A DNA stretch of 62,414 bases, counting the filler. It is 11 parts of 11 records of this genome, joined end to end, with 100 filler letters (N's around TTAATTAATTAA, not from the genome) between each part and the next. Parts side by side here need not be neighbours in the genome. Positions count along the whole stretch, not along the records: positions 19,207 to 24,661 come from SRR7504441_8904; positions 24,762 to 28,430 come from SRR7504441_8905; positions 28,531 to 32,648 come from SRR7504441_8913; 8 more parts are not named here. The stretch is one strand, 5' to 3'. Below, piece by piece: positions 21,955-32,748 of the stretch (position 1 is the first letter of the stretch; the number at the start of each line of letters is the position of its first letter). The translations under genes were made by a program, and so were the position numbers. The notes beneath the pieces are model-generated. The model did not search any database. It was not told where the DNA came from and saw only the letters and a list, made by a program, of their open reading frames with translations.

Positions 21955-24661
21955 TCAGTCATCTTCTTGCTCAATAACAACCGACTGAAGAGCCTCGTAT
22001 TGGCATTCCAAGTGCGACTTGACACACGGACCGCGGCAGCAATTTCTTATGTCAAAGCACCAGCTGTTGTCGCCGCTAGCTGGTTCTTTGAGTTCCTCGT
22101 CATACGCGGCCTCGTCTTCAGCAGTGATGTCAATGCAACGGACTTGCTTCGATGGCGAACCCAATACCATCGTTCCAGGTGGTACAGGGATTGGTCCAAA
22201 GGTCTTTGACAGACACCCAATTGTCGCTCCATCGCTGATTGTATCGCCTGCCATTACCATGGCCAATGGATGGACACAGGCATTAATACCGACTGTCACA
22301 GGCCTGTGGAACAGACAGCCATGCTCGTAGATGTGAGCCATGATTCCACAAGCTTCGTTGACCACTGCGCCATCGCCGATTGTGATGAGATCGTGATCAT
22401 ACCCACAAAGCATGATATGCGAGCCCCCAAACACTGACACCTTCGCCCCCAGGAGCTTGTAGATGATCCGAGCCCACACAGTGCCATTTGCAAATGAATT
22501 GAAGATAATGGGAAGGAAACTCCCTGTAAGCATTACGTAGGTCTGATAGGTCTGAACAAGAAGGTCGTACCTGCGTAGCGATCCCTCCCGGAATCGCCAC
22601 ATTGTAAACCACTTCATCAGGATCACAGAGATACCAAGTGTGAAGGCAAATACTGTGACGAAGATTAGATAGTTGATTGTAAACCGAGCTGCTACGACGA
22701 GCCAATGATCGGTGTGGTCATCCCTATGCCAGTGAACAAGATTAAAGAAATCGTCTCCGAGTCCGTGACCGGTTAGCTTTGTCACTTCAATGGCTGCAAC
22801 CACGCTTGCCGCGAGAAGAACCAGCAGAATAAGCAATCTGAAGATCAGTTGGAAGCAGCACCGCACTACCCAGTCAAATAAAGAAAGCCCAAGGTATTCA
22901 ATCTCGGCACGCTCAGATGGGCGTTTCTTGATCTTGAATGCTGGATTTCCGAAGTACACCCAATGATCCGGTACTGCCACACCTGGAGGCACACGAGTGC
23001 TTGCTCCGACACTGCTTCCAGTACCCACAGATGTGCCTGCCTCGAGAACTGATAGCAGGCCAAGCTCGCTCCCGTCACCAACAACAACACTGTCATAATC
23101 GTGAACAATTACTCCATTCTCGAACCTTTCCACAGAGCAGCGGATACCGATGGCAGACACCTCACAATTTTCACCAAAGCGAATCAAGTCAGCCTCCAGA
23201 GGGTTGAAGGCCAGTGCTACTATGTGCGTAGACAGTTTTGCAGAGCCGCCGTAGAACCACAGCATCGCGTTGTACAGTGGTGAGTGACCATACAGATAAG
23301 TCAGAATCAAGTCAGCAATCCTCTTGAATCGCCAGACAAGATCCTCCACAAGCTTGTACCACACATTCTCACGCAGCCGAGACCGAGGCCGAGCACTACC
23401 AAAGAGCACCCATTTGATCAGGACCGAAGCTACCAATGCAGCCAGACACGACAGAATAATCGCAAGTGCGACAGCAATCGTGGTTTCCATGGTGGAGGAT
23501 CCCAAGTCCTTACTGAATACATACCACAGCTTGAACATCAGCAATGAGCCCAAGTAAGGCACCGCAAATGCGTTTAGGAGAACCACGAGACTGCTCAAAT
23601 TAAGTTGGTTTTGCTGTGTCGCAGGAGAAGTACCGCTTAGACGTGCTGGGTTGCCTTCATACTCCGAGTTTGGTTCCAGCTGTGTTAGTGTTGTGACACA
23701 AGTCAGTGAATTGAGTTTGCACGATGCATGAACTATGGATCCGGGCTCCATTGTGGAATTGTAATCCAAGAAACAGCCTTCATGCACACGAACAGGAGCC
23801 AGATAGAGTCGCACTGGATCTGCATAATGAATGCCAGTTATGAGGTTTGCCCGAACAACTGAATTCCGATCTACATGAACAAGATCAAAATTCCTAACAA
23901 AGCTGGTGAGTTTGCTGCCAATAGAGATGTCTGCACCCAGCAACTTGTAAATAATGTTGATTGATACATTGCCTTGAAACATGTACCCAGCCATCGATTC
24001 CCATGCGCCCACCACAGAATTCATCAAGTGCCATCTCTGATAGAACCAACTACCCCGGACAAAGCAGCCCTGGGGATAAATTCCAATCCAAAGCCACTTG
24101 GAAACAATCGTCATTAGTGTCGAGGCAAGAATGAATACAATCATCATCAAGGGCTGCAAGTACAAGAACTGCTGCTCAGTCCAGTCATCACGGGCAAATG
24201 GCGCGTGATAAAACCAAACTGCAGGGAAGAGTGGGAGCCCGACAATCATGAGTAGCACGTAGAGGGGAACGAACAGAGTTTGCCACAAAAAGACAAGCGG
24301 GCTTGGCATTGGACAGGAAGAGCTAAGTGATGTTGGCTTGAAAGTCTGCAATTGTTTTCTCGTGGCAGGCTTGTGCCCGTCAAGAGGTGGGGTGCTCGTG
24401 CTCTGAGTGTCATCCTGGTCTGAATTCGACTCACTCGTTGTAACTTTTTGCCTTGACATGCTTGGATTCTTGCTCCAGGCACTGGGAGTGTAGTCAGAGT
24501 TGGAATTCAGGCCGATGGAGCCCAAACCAGATTGTACAGAATCAGCATGCGCTAAAGTCTGAATCGGCGAAACTTGAGTCATGGAAACATTATGTGCTTT
24601 CAGTGCAAACTCAGACAACCGGGGAATCAGGGCAGCCTTGACTTGAGGCTCGTTCTCTAGC
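21955..24661 (-). CDS. Pls/PosA-type NRPS C-terminal region (three TM + hexapeptide/acetyltransferase-like modules), 5' truncated
   Basis: Three units of TM-KW...(Y)KLLGA..DL(I/V)...P-V-x-V...G(N/S)P: SKWLWIGIYPQG..FYQRW..YKLLGADI..EGNPA; IKWVLFG..SPLYNAML..DLIRFGE..FGNPA; MKWF..GTVWARIIYKLLGAKV..DLITIGDG..AHIYEHG..LGSPS; frame open to contig edge. Confidence 0.85.
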
Positions 24662-24761
24662 NNNNNNNNNNNNNNNNNNNNNNNNNNNNNNNNNNNNNNN
24701 NNNNNTTAATTAATTAANNNNNNNNNNNNNNNNNNNNNNNNNNNNNNNNNNNNNNNNNNNN
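24662..24761. other. Artificial contig linker
   Basis: N-run with TTAATTAATTAA. Confidence 0.99.
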
Positions 24762-25344
24762 TGAATAGTATCTACTCGGCGCTCTCCTCATATGATTATC
24801 TCTCAATACTCATACTAGGTTAGCAACCGACTCGGGGCTCATAAGCGACAGTAAGTGTATTAGTCAATCTAATTCTACCCGTAGGCAAGGCTTGTTCCTA
24901 ATCTGGACCATACGCACCTTGCGTTGCTCACAACACTCGAGGAGATGGAGCAGCATATCGCGCCCAGCCCCCACCCCGCATGAGCCGCTGCCGCCAGCCG
25001 CCGCCAGCCACCACCACCAGCCAGCTCATCATCAGCAAGTTGGGAGACGGCCGGCCAGCTATCGGGGTGGGTGACAGTACTCATTGCCCGTGCCGCGCGG
25101 CAGGAGGGCCGCCTGCACCGGGTACACTGCCAAGACAGCGCCGCCCCGAGCGCCGCCAGGTCTTCGGCCGGATCCCCCCGGGCACTGCCGCGGGGAGGGA
25201 CCGCGCCAACCATGACGATTACATGACGATAACGGAACCTCCTCTATGTTTCGATAATGGCTCGACAAGTTTAAATTCATGATCGCACCATGCAAGTTTT
25301 TATAAAGATTTGACGGGTACGAATACGTACGCAGAAATCAATCG

Positions 25345-25420
25345 CGAAAGTAAAGTTGCAACCACGAAAGTAAAGTTGCAACCGCATTTCACTTTGCAAC
25401 CACGAAAGTAAAGTTGAACC
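25345..25420. repeat. Three copies of a 20-bp unit overlapping the end of the DUF5054 gene
   Basis: cgaaagtaaagttgcaacc at 25345 and 25365, third copy (one base shorter) at 25403. Confidence 0.9.
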
Positions 25421-27686
25421 GGAAGCGTGCAGCGGCGTCCTCGGCAACGAACGGGTACCAGAGAGGATAATTGACATCCCACAGATTGTTTTGCAGTATG
25501 AAGTAGAGCCCTTGGCTGGCTTGCTCTCTGCTGAGAGGCACTAGCGGAGTCGGGAATGCCGACTTGAGGCCCACAGATACCAGACCCGAGTCAATAGGCA
25601 CCGCGGTCAACTCGCCCCCGCTGTGGCGCAGCGTGGCGCCGCCATCGCCAACAGCGTGCAGGTGGGTGCTGCCGCCGGGCATCACATTGTCCGCTGAAAC
25701 TTGCTGGCCGAGCTTGTCAAGAACCCAGGGCTGGGCTGAGCCGGGAGGCGTCACAGGGAAGTTGAAGAACAGAGCCTCAGGCAGCCTGGTGGCGCTCTTG
25801 TTGGCCCAGCTGAGGTCTGCAGACACTGTCGCAGCGTCTGTTGGGAAAGTCAGCACCACAAACGCCTCTGCCGGGGAGCCATACAGCTGGTGAGCCCTGG
25901 AGGGCATTTCCAGGTGTACTAGTAGCTTGTCCTCGCGCTGGCTGCTCGACCGATACAGCCGAACCAGCCTCGGCTGCCAAACCTTGGACTCTGCACAACC
26001 CATCGGCGAGGCACACGTTTCGTTATCCAGCCCAACCTTATCGTAGCACGTACCCCGCCCCCAACCTTGAGTGAAGTTTGCCCGAAAATGGCTGAAGTCT
26101 TGCTGCTGGTTGTACGTGCGGTACTCAAGCCCAAACAGTCCACCCGTCCCAGCCCACTGGTGCTGGCCGGTCTGCATGCTTGAAACTGCCCCAGTGCTGT
26201 CAAACCTCAACTCAAAGTGCGCGGTCCGGATCGTTTCAGCTTGATCTATTGGCTCAAATCCGGACAGATCAGGCAGAGCTTGTGGGCTGCTCCGGCGCAG
26301 CTCATCGCGTATCCTGCCGGCCAACTGCCTGTCGGATTCCGAGCTGTCAGCAGCCTGGAGCGCCTCTATTGCCCAGTGGGCGTACTGCCTCTGCTCCAGC
26401 CACGACTCGGCCCACGTCCTGAACTTCTGGCCGATCGGGCCTGGGGCCGCTAGGCGGGCGGTCAGGTTGTGGTTGGTCCAGCCAGTCAGCTCCGCAATGC
26501 CGTGCAGACCAAATGTGTGCTCTGTCAATTTGAGAAGCAGCCGGGAGAAGTTGCGAAAGGCCGCGTCATCCATGCTGCACCCGCCATGCTCCAGGCAGCG
26601 AGTGCGCTCGCGGGTGGCAGTCCGGAGCATCTTGGCCTTTGTGCTATCCGCTTGGCTGCCGTATACCCAGGTGTCACCCATCTCAGTTGTCACCACGGGC
26701 AGCGAAGCAGTGCCGTGCCTAACGAGCGCGCTGATGAAGGCGTCAAAGCTCGACCCAACCACCTGGGCGCCCGGGAAAAGCTTCTGCACGCACCCATGTG
26801 TGGTACGCGCCTCGTCCGGGAGATGCGGCCCTTGGTTGTCTCCCTTGAAAGCATAGACGAGCGCTTGATCAAACCCTGGCACAGTGACAGCATCTGACAG
26901 GTTGCTGCATAGCGCTGGCGCAGTCAGCCCGAGCGCCTCGTCATCCCAAGGCCGCTCGGACGCGCGCTCTGAGTCTCCGTAGCCCCGCGGGTGCAGCATG
27001 CCAATCACCCACGTGCCGCTGGCCGGATCCGTCCAATTGAAGATCGGCGGCACGTGCGGAGCCTCAATCTGTCCGTTGGCACCCTCGGCGAACGCCAGGA
27101 TGCCCTCCGCTGCCATGATCGGTACCGTGCTCCGGGTTGCGCCCGGTACATCTCGCTGGCTGATCACCGTCTTGCGCGGCAGCCCGAGCCGGTCGTCGAG
27201 CCGGTGAACAGTCTGGATCCCGGACCGGAACAATTCCTTATCGGCCAGCTCGGGCTCACTGTTGTGTGGGAACCCGTGGTAACGGACGGTCCCATCGGCC
27301 AGCAGGCTGGTAAGCAGGGCGCGCTCGGTAGCGTTTGGGCAGAGCACGCAGCCAGGGTTGAAGTCGGGTGTGGGCTTGCCCAGCCCGCCGGGGCAGTGGA
27401 GCCCGAGCCGGGGCGGGCAGTCGAGGAACAGGTCGACCAGATACGCGTGGGTGGTGTAGACAAACATAGGCGGTTGGCCGGGCCGGCTGAGCGCCTTGGC
27501 AGTCGCGGCGGCTTGCGCGAAGTATTTGTGGAAGTAGATGTTGGTCACCGAGGCCGCGTTGTTGGTAAAGCCCACGTCCAGGTGGTTCATGTACACTACG
27601 TGCACCTTTCGCACCGGCTGTGCTCGAGCACAGCCGGCAGCCCAGAGCAGAAGGAGGAGCAAAGGCTGACGGCACCGTTTCTCCAT
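25389..27686 (-). CDS. Secreted DUF5054 / GH38-like putative glycoside hydrolase
   Basis: Signal peptide MEKRCRQPLLLLLLWAAGCARA; VRKVHVVYMNHLDVGFT; ISQRDVPG; DNQGP; EMGDTWVYG; EHTFG; NKSATRLPEALFF; NNLWDVNYPLWYP; no introns. Confidence 0.85.
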   Translation of the reverse strand: MEKRCRQPLLLLLLWAAGCARAQPVRKVHVVYMNHLDVGFTNNAASVTNIYFHKYFAQAAATAKALSRPGQPPMFVYTTHAYLVDLFLDCPPRLGLHCPGGLGKPTPDFNPGCVLCPNATERALLTSLLADGTVRYHGFPHNSEPELADKELFRSGIQTVHRLDDRLGLPRKTVISQRDVPGATRSTVPIMAAEGILAFAEGANGQIEAPHVPPIFNWTDPASGTWVIGMLHPRGYGDSERASERPWDDEALGLTAPALCSNLSDAVTVPGFDQALVYAFKGDNQGPHLPDEARTTHGCVQKLFPGAQVVGSSFDAFISALVRHGTASLPVVTTEMGDTWVYGSQADSTKAKMLRTATRERTRCLEHGGCSMDDAAFRNFSRLLLKLTEHTFGLHGIAELTGWTNHNLTARLAAPGPIGQKFRTWAESWLEQRQYAHWAIEALQAADSSESDRQLAGRIRDELRRSSPQALPDLSGFEPIDQAETIRTAHFELRFDSTGAVSSMQTGQHQWAGTGGLFGLEYRTYNQQQDFSHFRANFTQGWGRGTCYDKVGLDNETCASPMGCAESKVWQPRLVRLYRSSSQREDKLLVHLEMPSRAHQLYGSPAEAFVVLTFPTDAATVSADLSWANKSATRLPEALFFNFPVTPPGSAQPWVLDKLGQQVSADNVMPGGSTHLHAVGDGGATLRHSGGELTAVPIDSGLVSVGLKSAFPTPLVPLSREQASQGLYFILQNNLWDVNYPLWYPFVAEDAAARFRFNFTFVVAK

Positions 27687-27780
27687 CGGTTCCGTTATTA
27701 TTATTGCAAGCGGAAAGAGCGGGATAAACCTCGACACTCGGACAATCAAGGAGGTCGCCAATCTGGTTCCCAAACTTAAA

Positions 27781-28270
27781 ATGACTGATGGACCACGGGC
27801 CGGGGAGTTTGTAAGCAAGCACAAGCTCTCACTACTCCAAAAAATAACTTTCAGACCGAACGAGCTGATAAAACGGGTGGTTTCACGGTCTGGACGGCCG
27901 CCAGTATTGGTGATCTGATCCGGCTGGAGCTCGAGTTCGAGGTCAAGGACAGCTCTGGAGAGACAACCGACGTGGTTGTGCACGCGCAGTTGATGCGGGA
28001 CACTGGATACGGGCTGGGCGGACAGGTCGCAGGACACGTGATCGAGAACTTCTACCACACCTGCTGAGAATGAGGCTCGTGCCACTTACCTCGCACGGAT
28101 GCATGCAACAAGTGGAACAGGAGCTTGAGTCTCCTGTTCCAGATGTGGGACTTCACCTTCAAGCTGTGCAAAGGCAAAGTAGATTGCTTCGATTGCCACA
28201 CCATGGACTTTGAACATGATGCTTATCACCAGTCAATGGCCGGGGCTCTGCTGGAGAGGAGCAATCGATA
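27781..28270 (+). CDS. Possible short multi-exon hypothetical gene
   Basis: ATG 27781; GT-AG intron 27811-27854 keeps frame (MTDGPRAGEF-TERADKTGGFTVWTAASIGDLIRLELEFEV); later exons unresolved. Confidence 0.3.
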
Positions 28271-28430
28271 GACAGCAGCAACAGGTCAGCAACAACAACA
28301 ATCCGGGCAAAGACTCGGGACGATGACCACCTTACCGAGCTGGCGCTGGTTTGCCCCGGTGGCCGTATGGCTGGCGTGCTGGGTCTGGGGCGGCGACAGC
28401 CACTACCAGTGCCCCCCCCCCCCCCCCCCC

Positions 28431-28530
28431 NNNNNNNNNNNNNNNNNNNNNNNNNNNNNNNNNNNNNNNNNNNNTTAATTAATTAANNNNNNNNNNNNNN
28501 NNNNNNNNNNNNNNNNNNNNNNNNNNNNNN
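28431..28530. other. Artificial contig linker
   Basis: N-run with TTAATTAATTAA. Confidence 0.99.
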
Positions 28531-28563
28531 CGTGCGGGAGCACGGCTGCGACCACGTCCTGAG

Positions 28564-29394
28564 ATGGGAGCCCGGCCCCCCGAACTACCGCCAGACGGTG
28601 CGGAGGGCGGGAGGGCTGGTAGGCTGGATAGCGAGAATGAACAGCCATCTGCTAGGATATCCATTAGATATCCATTCAATAATTATTGTCTTCGCGTGGT
28701 GTCATCGGATGGTGTCGGCAAGCTCAGGCCAAGCTGGCCTGGGCGAAGGAATGCCCTCCCTCAGTGCACTCATGCAGGCAAAACTGCATATCTCTATGAC
28801 CACATCCTGATTGTTGAATACATCATTGTTGCATTCCTGGCCTTCGAACTGATTCTGCAATGCCACTGGGTATTCAGCCAAACTGCAAGTGCTTTCACGA
28901 GTAAATTACATGCGCCAGTCAGCCATCGCATCCCGATCTTAGTTTTGTATGCTTGCTTCACTGGCGCCTGGAGCATGATTAATCTACCGCTGATCCTCTC
29001 ATCTGACCAAAAGACGTCAGATAAGCCACCCAATCTGCACGCACCCGACGATCAATGGCTCACATGGATTGAAGAGGCACGTGCAGCCATCATGACGCTT
29101 AGAGAGACGCTGGGTGAAGTTGCTGGAAATGCGGCTGCAATTGCGGTGGCAAAGCACATAATCTACGGTGCGCGCCAAAACCAACAGTGCGAAGCTAGAA
29201 TGGACCAACTAGCGTTGTTTCTGCCATCACCGCACAATGCCGATTGCAAGCTTGTCAACGACGAGATTGAAAAAAATTCTACAAGTTCCACGACTCCTAA
29301 AGTGCTCTGTGAGCTGGATCGTTACCATGAGTTACAGAGAAATTCTACAAGTTCCGGACTCGTGCGAGCATTGCACGAACTGAACTGTAACTGA
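28564..29394 (+). CDS. Hypothetical membrane protein
   Basis: 276-aa ORF with two hydrophobic stretches; no recognised motif. Confidence 0.4.
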   Translation: MGARPPELPPDGAEGGRAGRLDSENEQPSARISIRYPFNNYCLRVVSSDGVGKLRPSWPGRRNALPQCTHAGKTAYLYDHILIVEYIIVAFLAFELILQCHWVFSQTASAFTSKLHAPVSHRIPILVLYACFTGAWSMINLPLILSSDQKTSDKPPNLHAPDDQWLTWIEEARAAIMTLRETLGEVAGNAAAIAVAKHIIYGARQNQQCEARMDQLALFLPSPHNADCKLVNDEIEKNSTSSTTPKVLCELDRYHELQRNSTSSGLVRALHELNCN

Positions 29395-29575
29395 AATGTT
29401 TTATTTGGGTTTGTATTCGATACTTTAATATGTGCGCACCTTGTTTAGCACCCGAAAACAGCCGAAATCACGATCTTGACAAACCGAAACGGATTACAGG
29501 GTTAAACGAGTCATCGTAACTACCGTCGGTAGCACTTGACGAGACATCGTGAAGGCATCATGAAATTCATTTAAA

Positions 29576-32500
29576 TTAGACGGCAGCCCTTTTACTACTA
29601 TTACCTTCACCAGGCACATCCTCCGGCCAAAGCAAGGCGTTGATTTGTTCCATCATGGCCTTTTGCACCCCTTCACGACCACGTTCAAAGTGCTGCCTCG
29701 CAGAGGTGCACCGCCGCTGGTCGTCGAACACTAAATGCATCACCTCCTGCTTTTGGTTTCCACGCATTGCCACTTGCAGCACCCTAGGATCGGCTCGCGT
29801 CGGCTTGGCTTCGACATACTGCAGCGGATGGACCACCCGAACAAACGCCCACGACATCTTCTTCGGGTCTGGGTCTGGGTCCACGATCACCAGAAACGCC
29901 TGGTTGATCACAATATAGCGAGAGACCGGCCTCATCTGGGCTGTTGTCTTAACCCCGCAAGCAATCACGTCCTGGTCACTCAGGTCTATCGCAGAATCAA
30001 GCTCAAACGTGTTGGTGGCTCTCCGGAGAGGTAGTGTGGAGTCAATCTGGCCTTGGAGTTCGTGCATCATCCTTCTGATCAGCAGGAACACCTGTATGGC
30101 CTTGCGAGTTATTTCCAATTCATTCCGGGGCTGTCTCATCGACAGATCTAGGCTCGACGCAGCTGCAGAAGTAGCCGGCAGCAGCAAGAATGACCCACGC
30201 ATCAGCTGGCTCATCAGCAAGCGCTGCTTTGTGCTATCGACTAGTATATCCGCCTCCGAATTGTTAACTTCTGCCTCGAACATGTCTAGCAGCACGTTGG
30301 CCATTGTGCCATACACTCGATTTCGAAGGAAGCTTCGAGCCAGCGAATAGCTCCGCTGGGCCATACTCCAGTGCTTTGGGTGGAGCAGCGGCTGCTTGCA
30401 AGGGGTCGAGCTCCGCACAAAGTTGAGCACCAGGGATGCCGCGACTTGGATCGTAACAGTCCTGCAAGTGGGATATCTGCACCACACCACATTCAGACCG
30501 CCGCAGCGCGAGCTAGTCACCTGCACAAGACATGCAGCAGTTTTTCGACCGTCGCGCCGGGGTACTCCTCAATGTGACCAGCCTCGCCCGATTGGGGCGA
30601 CGGCGGGCTCGCGAGAGGATCATTTACGTCCTCACTGTGCCTCACAATGATATCGCCCGCCAGCCCGCCCCGAGGTATCTCGCCAAACTGCATTAAGTGC
30701 CTCTCAGCAGCCATCCGCTCCTCCTTGGTCATCTGGCTCAGCTCCGACGGCGAGAAATGCCGCTCAGGCTCCTCCTCGAACTTGAGGTCTCCACTTGGCT
30801 GCTTGGGCATTGCACCCGTCCGCATGATCGCACGCTCGGCTTCCATCCTCTCTGCTTTGCTCATTGAGTCGCCACTCACAACTCTCTCCTTGCCCGGGGC
30901 ATCGCTCATCAGTTTCCGCTCGTTCTCCATCCGCTCCAGCTTTAGCCGCCGCTTCTCCTCGTCGGCAGGATCCGCACAGTTCCTCCTCGATTCCTCCTTG
31001 GATCCCTCATCCCCCGCAGCTGCAACCACACTCAGCACCTGCAGCCAGGCACGACCCACTGGCGCTCTCATCTGCTGCCTCTTCCGGCTCGGCGCCGGCT
31101 GTCGCAGCAGCCTCTTCCTGTGAGCAGCCGTTCACACACACAGCTCGGGCTCGGGCACACCTGCTGCTCTTCTCCAGACTCAACCGATGCTTCGAGGTGA
31201 GACGGATTCTGCATCAGCTGTCGCTCGGCGGCTATCCTATCCGCCTTCTTCTTCTTCTGTTCGGGCGACTTGCTGAGCGGCTTGCCCGGCGGGCTATCTG
31301 ACTCTACTCGGCCTCGTACTGAGGCGAGGAGCTTCTGGGCCGAAGACATCTGCCAGCTCTCATCGCCAAATATAGACGACTCGGCCGTGGGCGACTCAAA
31401 GCCCTCGGTGAGCACAGCCAGCTGGGACTGCTCGTTGTGGAACCGTCGCGGGAGCAGGCCCACACTGGCCAGCATGTGGTGACTCATCATCCGATTAGAT
31501 ACAAACACCTAACCAGCGGTCAGCCGTGTGATTAGGAGGCGGCCACCTGGATGAGGCAGACAGCGGGCAAGACCAGCTCCTCGTCTTTGTGGTTAAGGTG
31601 GCCGAGCAGCTCCTCGCGGTATATATTCCCGGGCCGTGCCGGGCTGGCAGAGGCCGGGCCGAGGGCGAGCACGGCCACAGCGCAGCTAAGCAAAACTTGC
31701 TCGTCACTCACTGTCTGGCAAAGCTGGGAAATGGCAGCAGTCAGGACGGCGGGGGTGCTTACACATATGATCATTATTATCATCATATATAGTTGCACCT
31801 GGAGGAGCACGAAGTAAACTAAATCGGCCGACAGATGAATCGAGTCGTGACCAACGTCAGAGAGCATGTCGCCCAGCCCCGGCACAGTCGCCAGCAGCAG
31901 CGGCTTCACAAAGCTCTCGCTGCGCACCGCGGTCAGCCCCCCCGCCGGTTCCCGCGCCCACCTGATCACAGCGCGTGTGAGCTGCTGCAGCTCCGTCCAG
32001 TCGATCGCGATCAGGTCGTTCAAATAGTGCAGAAGATCCAACAGCTCCTCAATCCTCGACTCGAGCCTGCCCAGCCTCAGCGGCCAGCCCGGCGGCCCGG
32101 CCACTTGGAGTGCGCGGCCTGGTTTAGCGTGGCGTTGGCACATTCGATGCCGAGGTTGTGGACCACCTCAATCAAGTTATCGATTACCCCCGGCAAATAG
32201 TCGCTCCTGCGGCACCCGGTCAGCCGCGCGGCCGGCGGCGGGGCACTTGGCGTGCTCGAGCACAAACCCGCGCATCCTTTCGTCCTCCACCGAGAAGACT
32301 TGCAGCGTGAGCGTCCTGACCTGCCTCCGGAGTCGTGCGCGCGCGAAAGCACGGTGGGACCGCTATCCGGACCATGCTTTCAGGGTGCTTGAAGTGCCGG
32401 ACCGCCTCGGTGTAGAGCACGAACTGCTGTTTGTTGTGATTATAAAAGAACTGAACAGTGTCCTGCAGGAGCTCAGTCAGCTGATTCGATTCGCGCAGCG

Positions 32501-32648
32501 CAGCGCGCAGTCGCAGCCACCTTATTCAGCTTGAGAGAGAGCGCCTTGACGAACGAGATGTAGTACGAGATGTAGTCGATGTCCGAAAACTCAAACTCAT
32601 GCTGAATCAGCTCATTCACCCGGTTGTTGGAAAGAATAAAGTAAACCT
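29576..32648 (-). CDS. CLEC16A: CLEC16A/TT9 (FPL domain) endolysosomal trafficking protein, multi-exon, 5' truncated
   Basis: VYFILSNNRVNELIQHEFEFSDIDYISYYISFVKALSLKLNK-DTVQFFYN...LYTEAVRHFKHPESMVRIAV-RTLTLQVF; LHYLNDL; C-terminal RKAIQVFLLIR...FDDQRRCTSARQHFERGR. Confidence 0.92.
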
Positions 32649-32748
32649 NNNNNNNNNNNNNNNNNNNNNNNNNNNNNNNNNNNNNNNNNNNNTTAATTAA
32701 TTAANNNNNNNNNNNNNNNNNNNNNNNNNNNNNNNNNNNNNNNNNNNN
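32649..32748. other. Artificial contig linker
   Basis: N-run with TTAATTAATTAA. Confidence 0.99.

Noticed and set aside
24762-25340. Short ORFs on both strands
   Set aside because: No recognisable motif or consistent exon structure
25345-25420. Possible mini-CRISPR array
   Set aside because: 20-nt units are adjacent without regular unique spacers, overlap a coding end, and no cas genes are present
27687-28085. N-terminal extension of the 898-aa ORF
   Set aside because: A clear signal peptide starts at ATG 27686; the extension begins at a non-ATG codon and crosses an AT-rich promoter-like gap
28412-28430. Poly-C tract
   Set aside because: Lies at a contig end; probably the cause or an artefact of the assembly break
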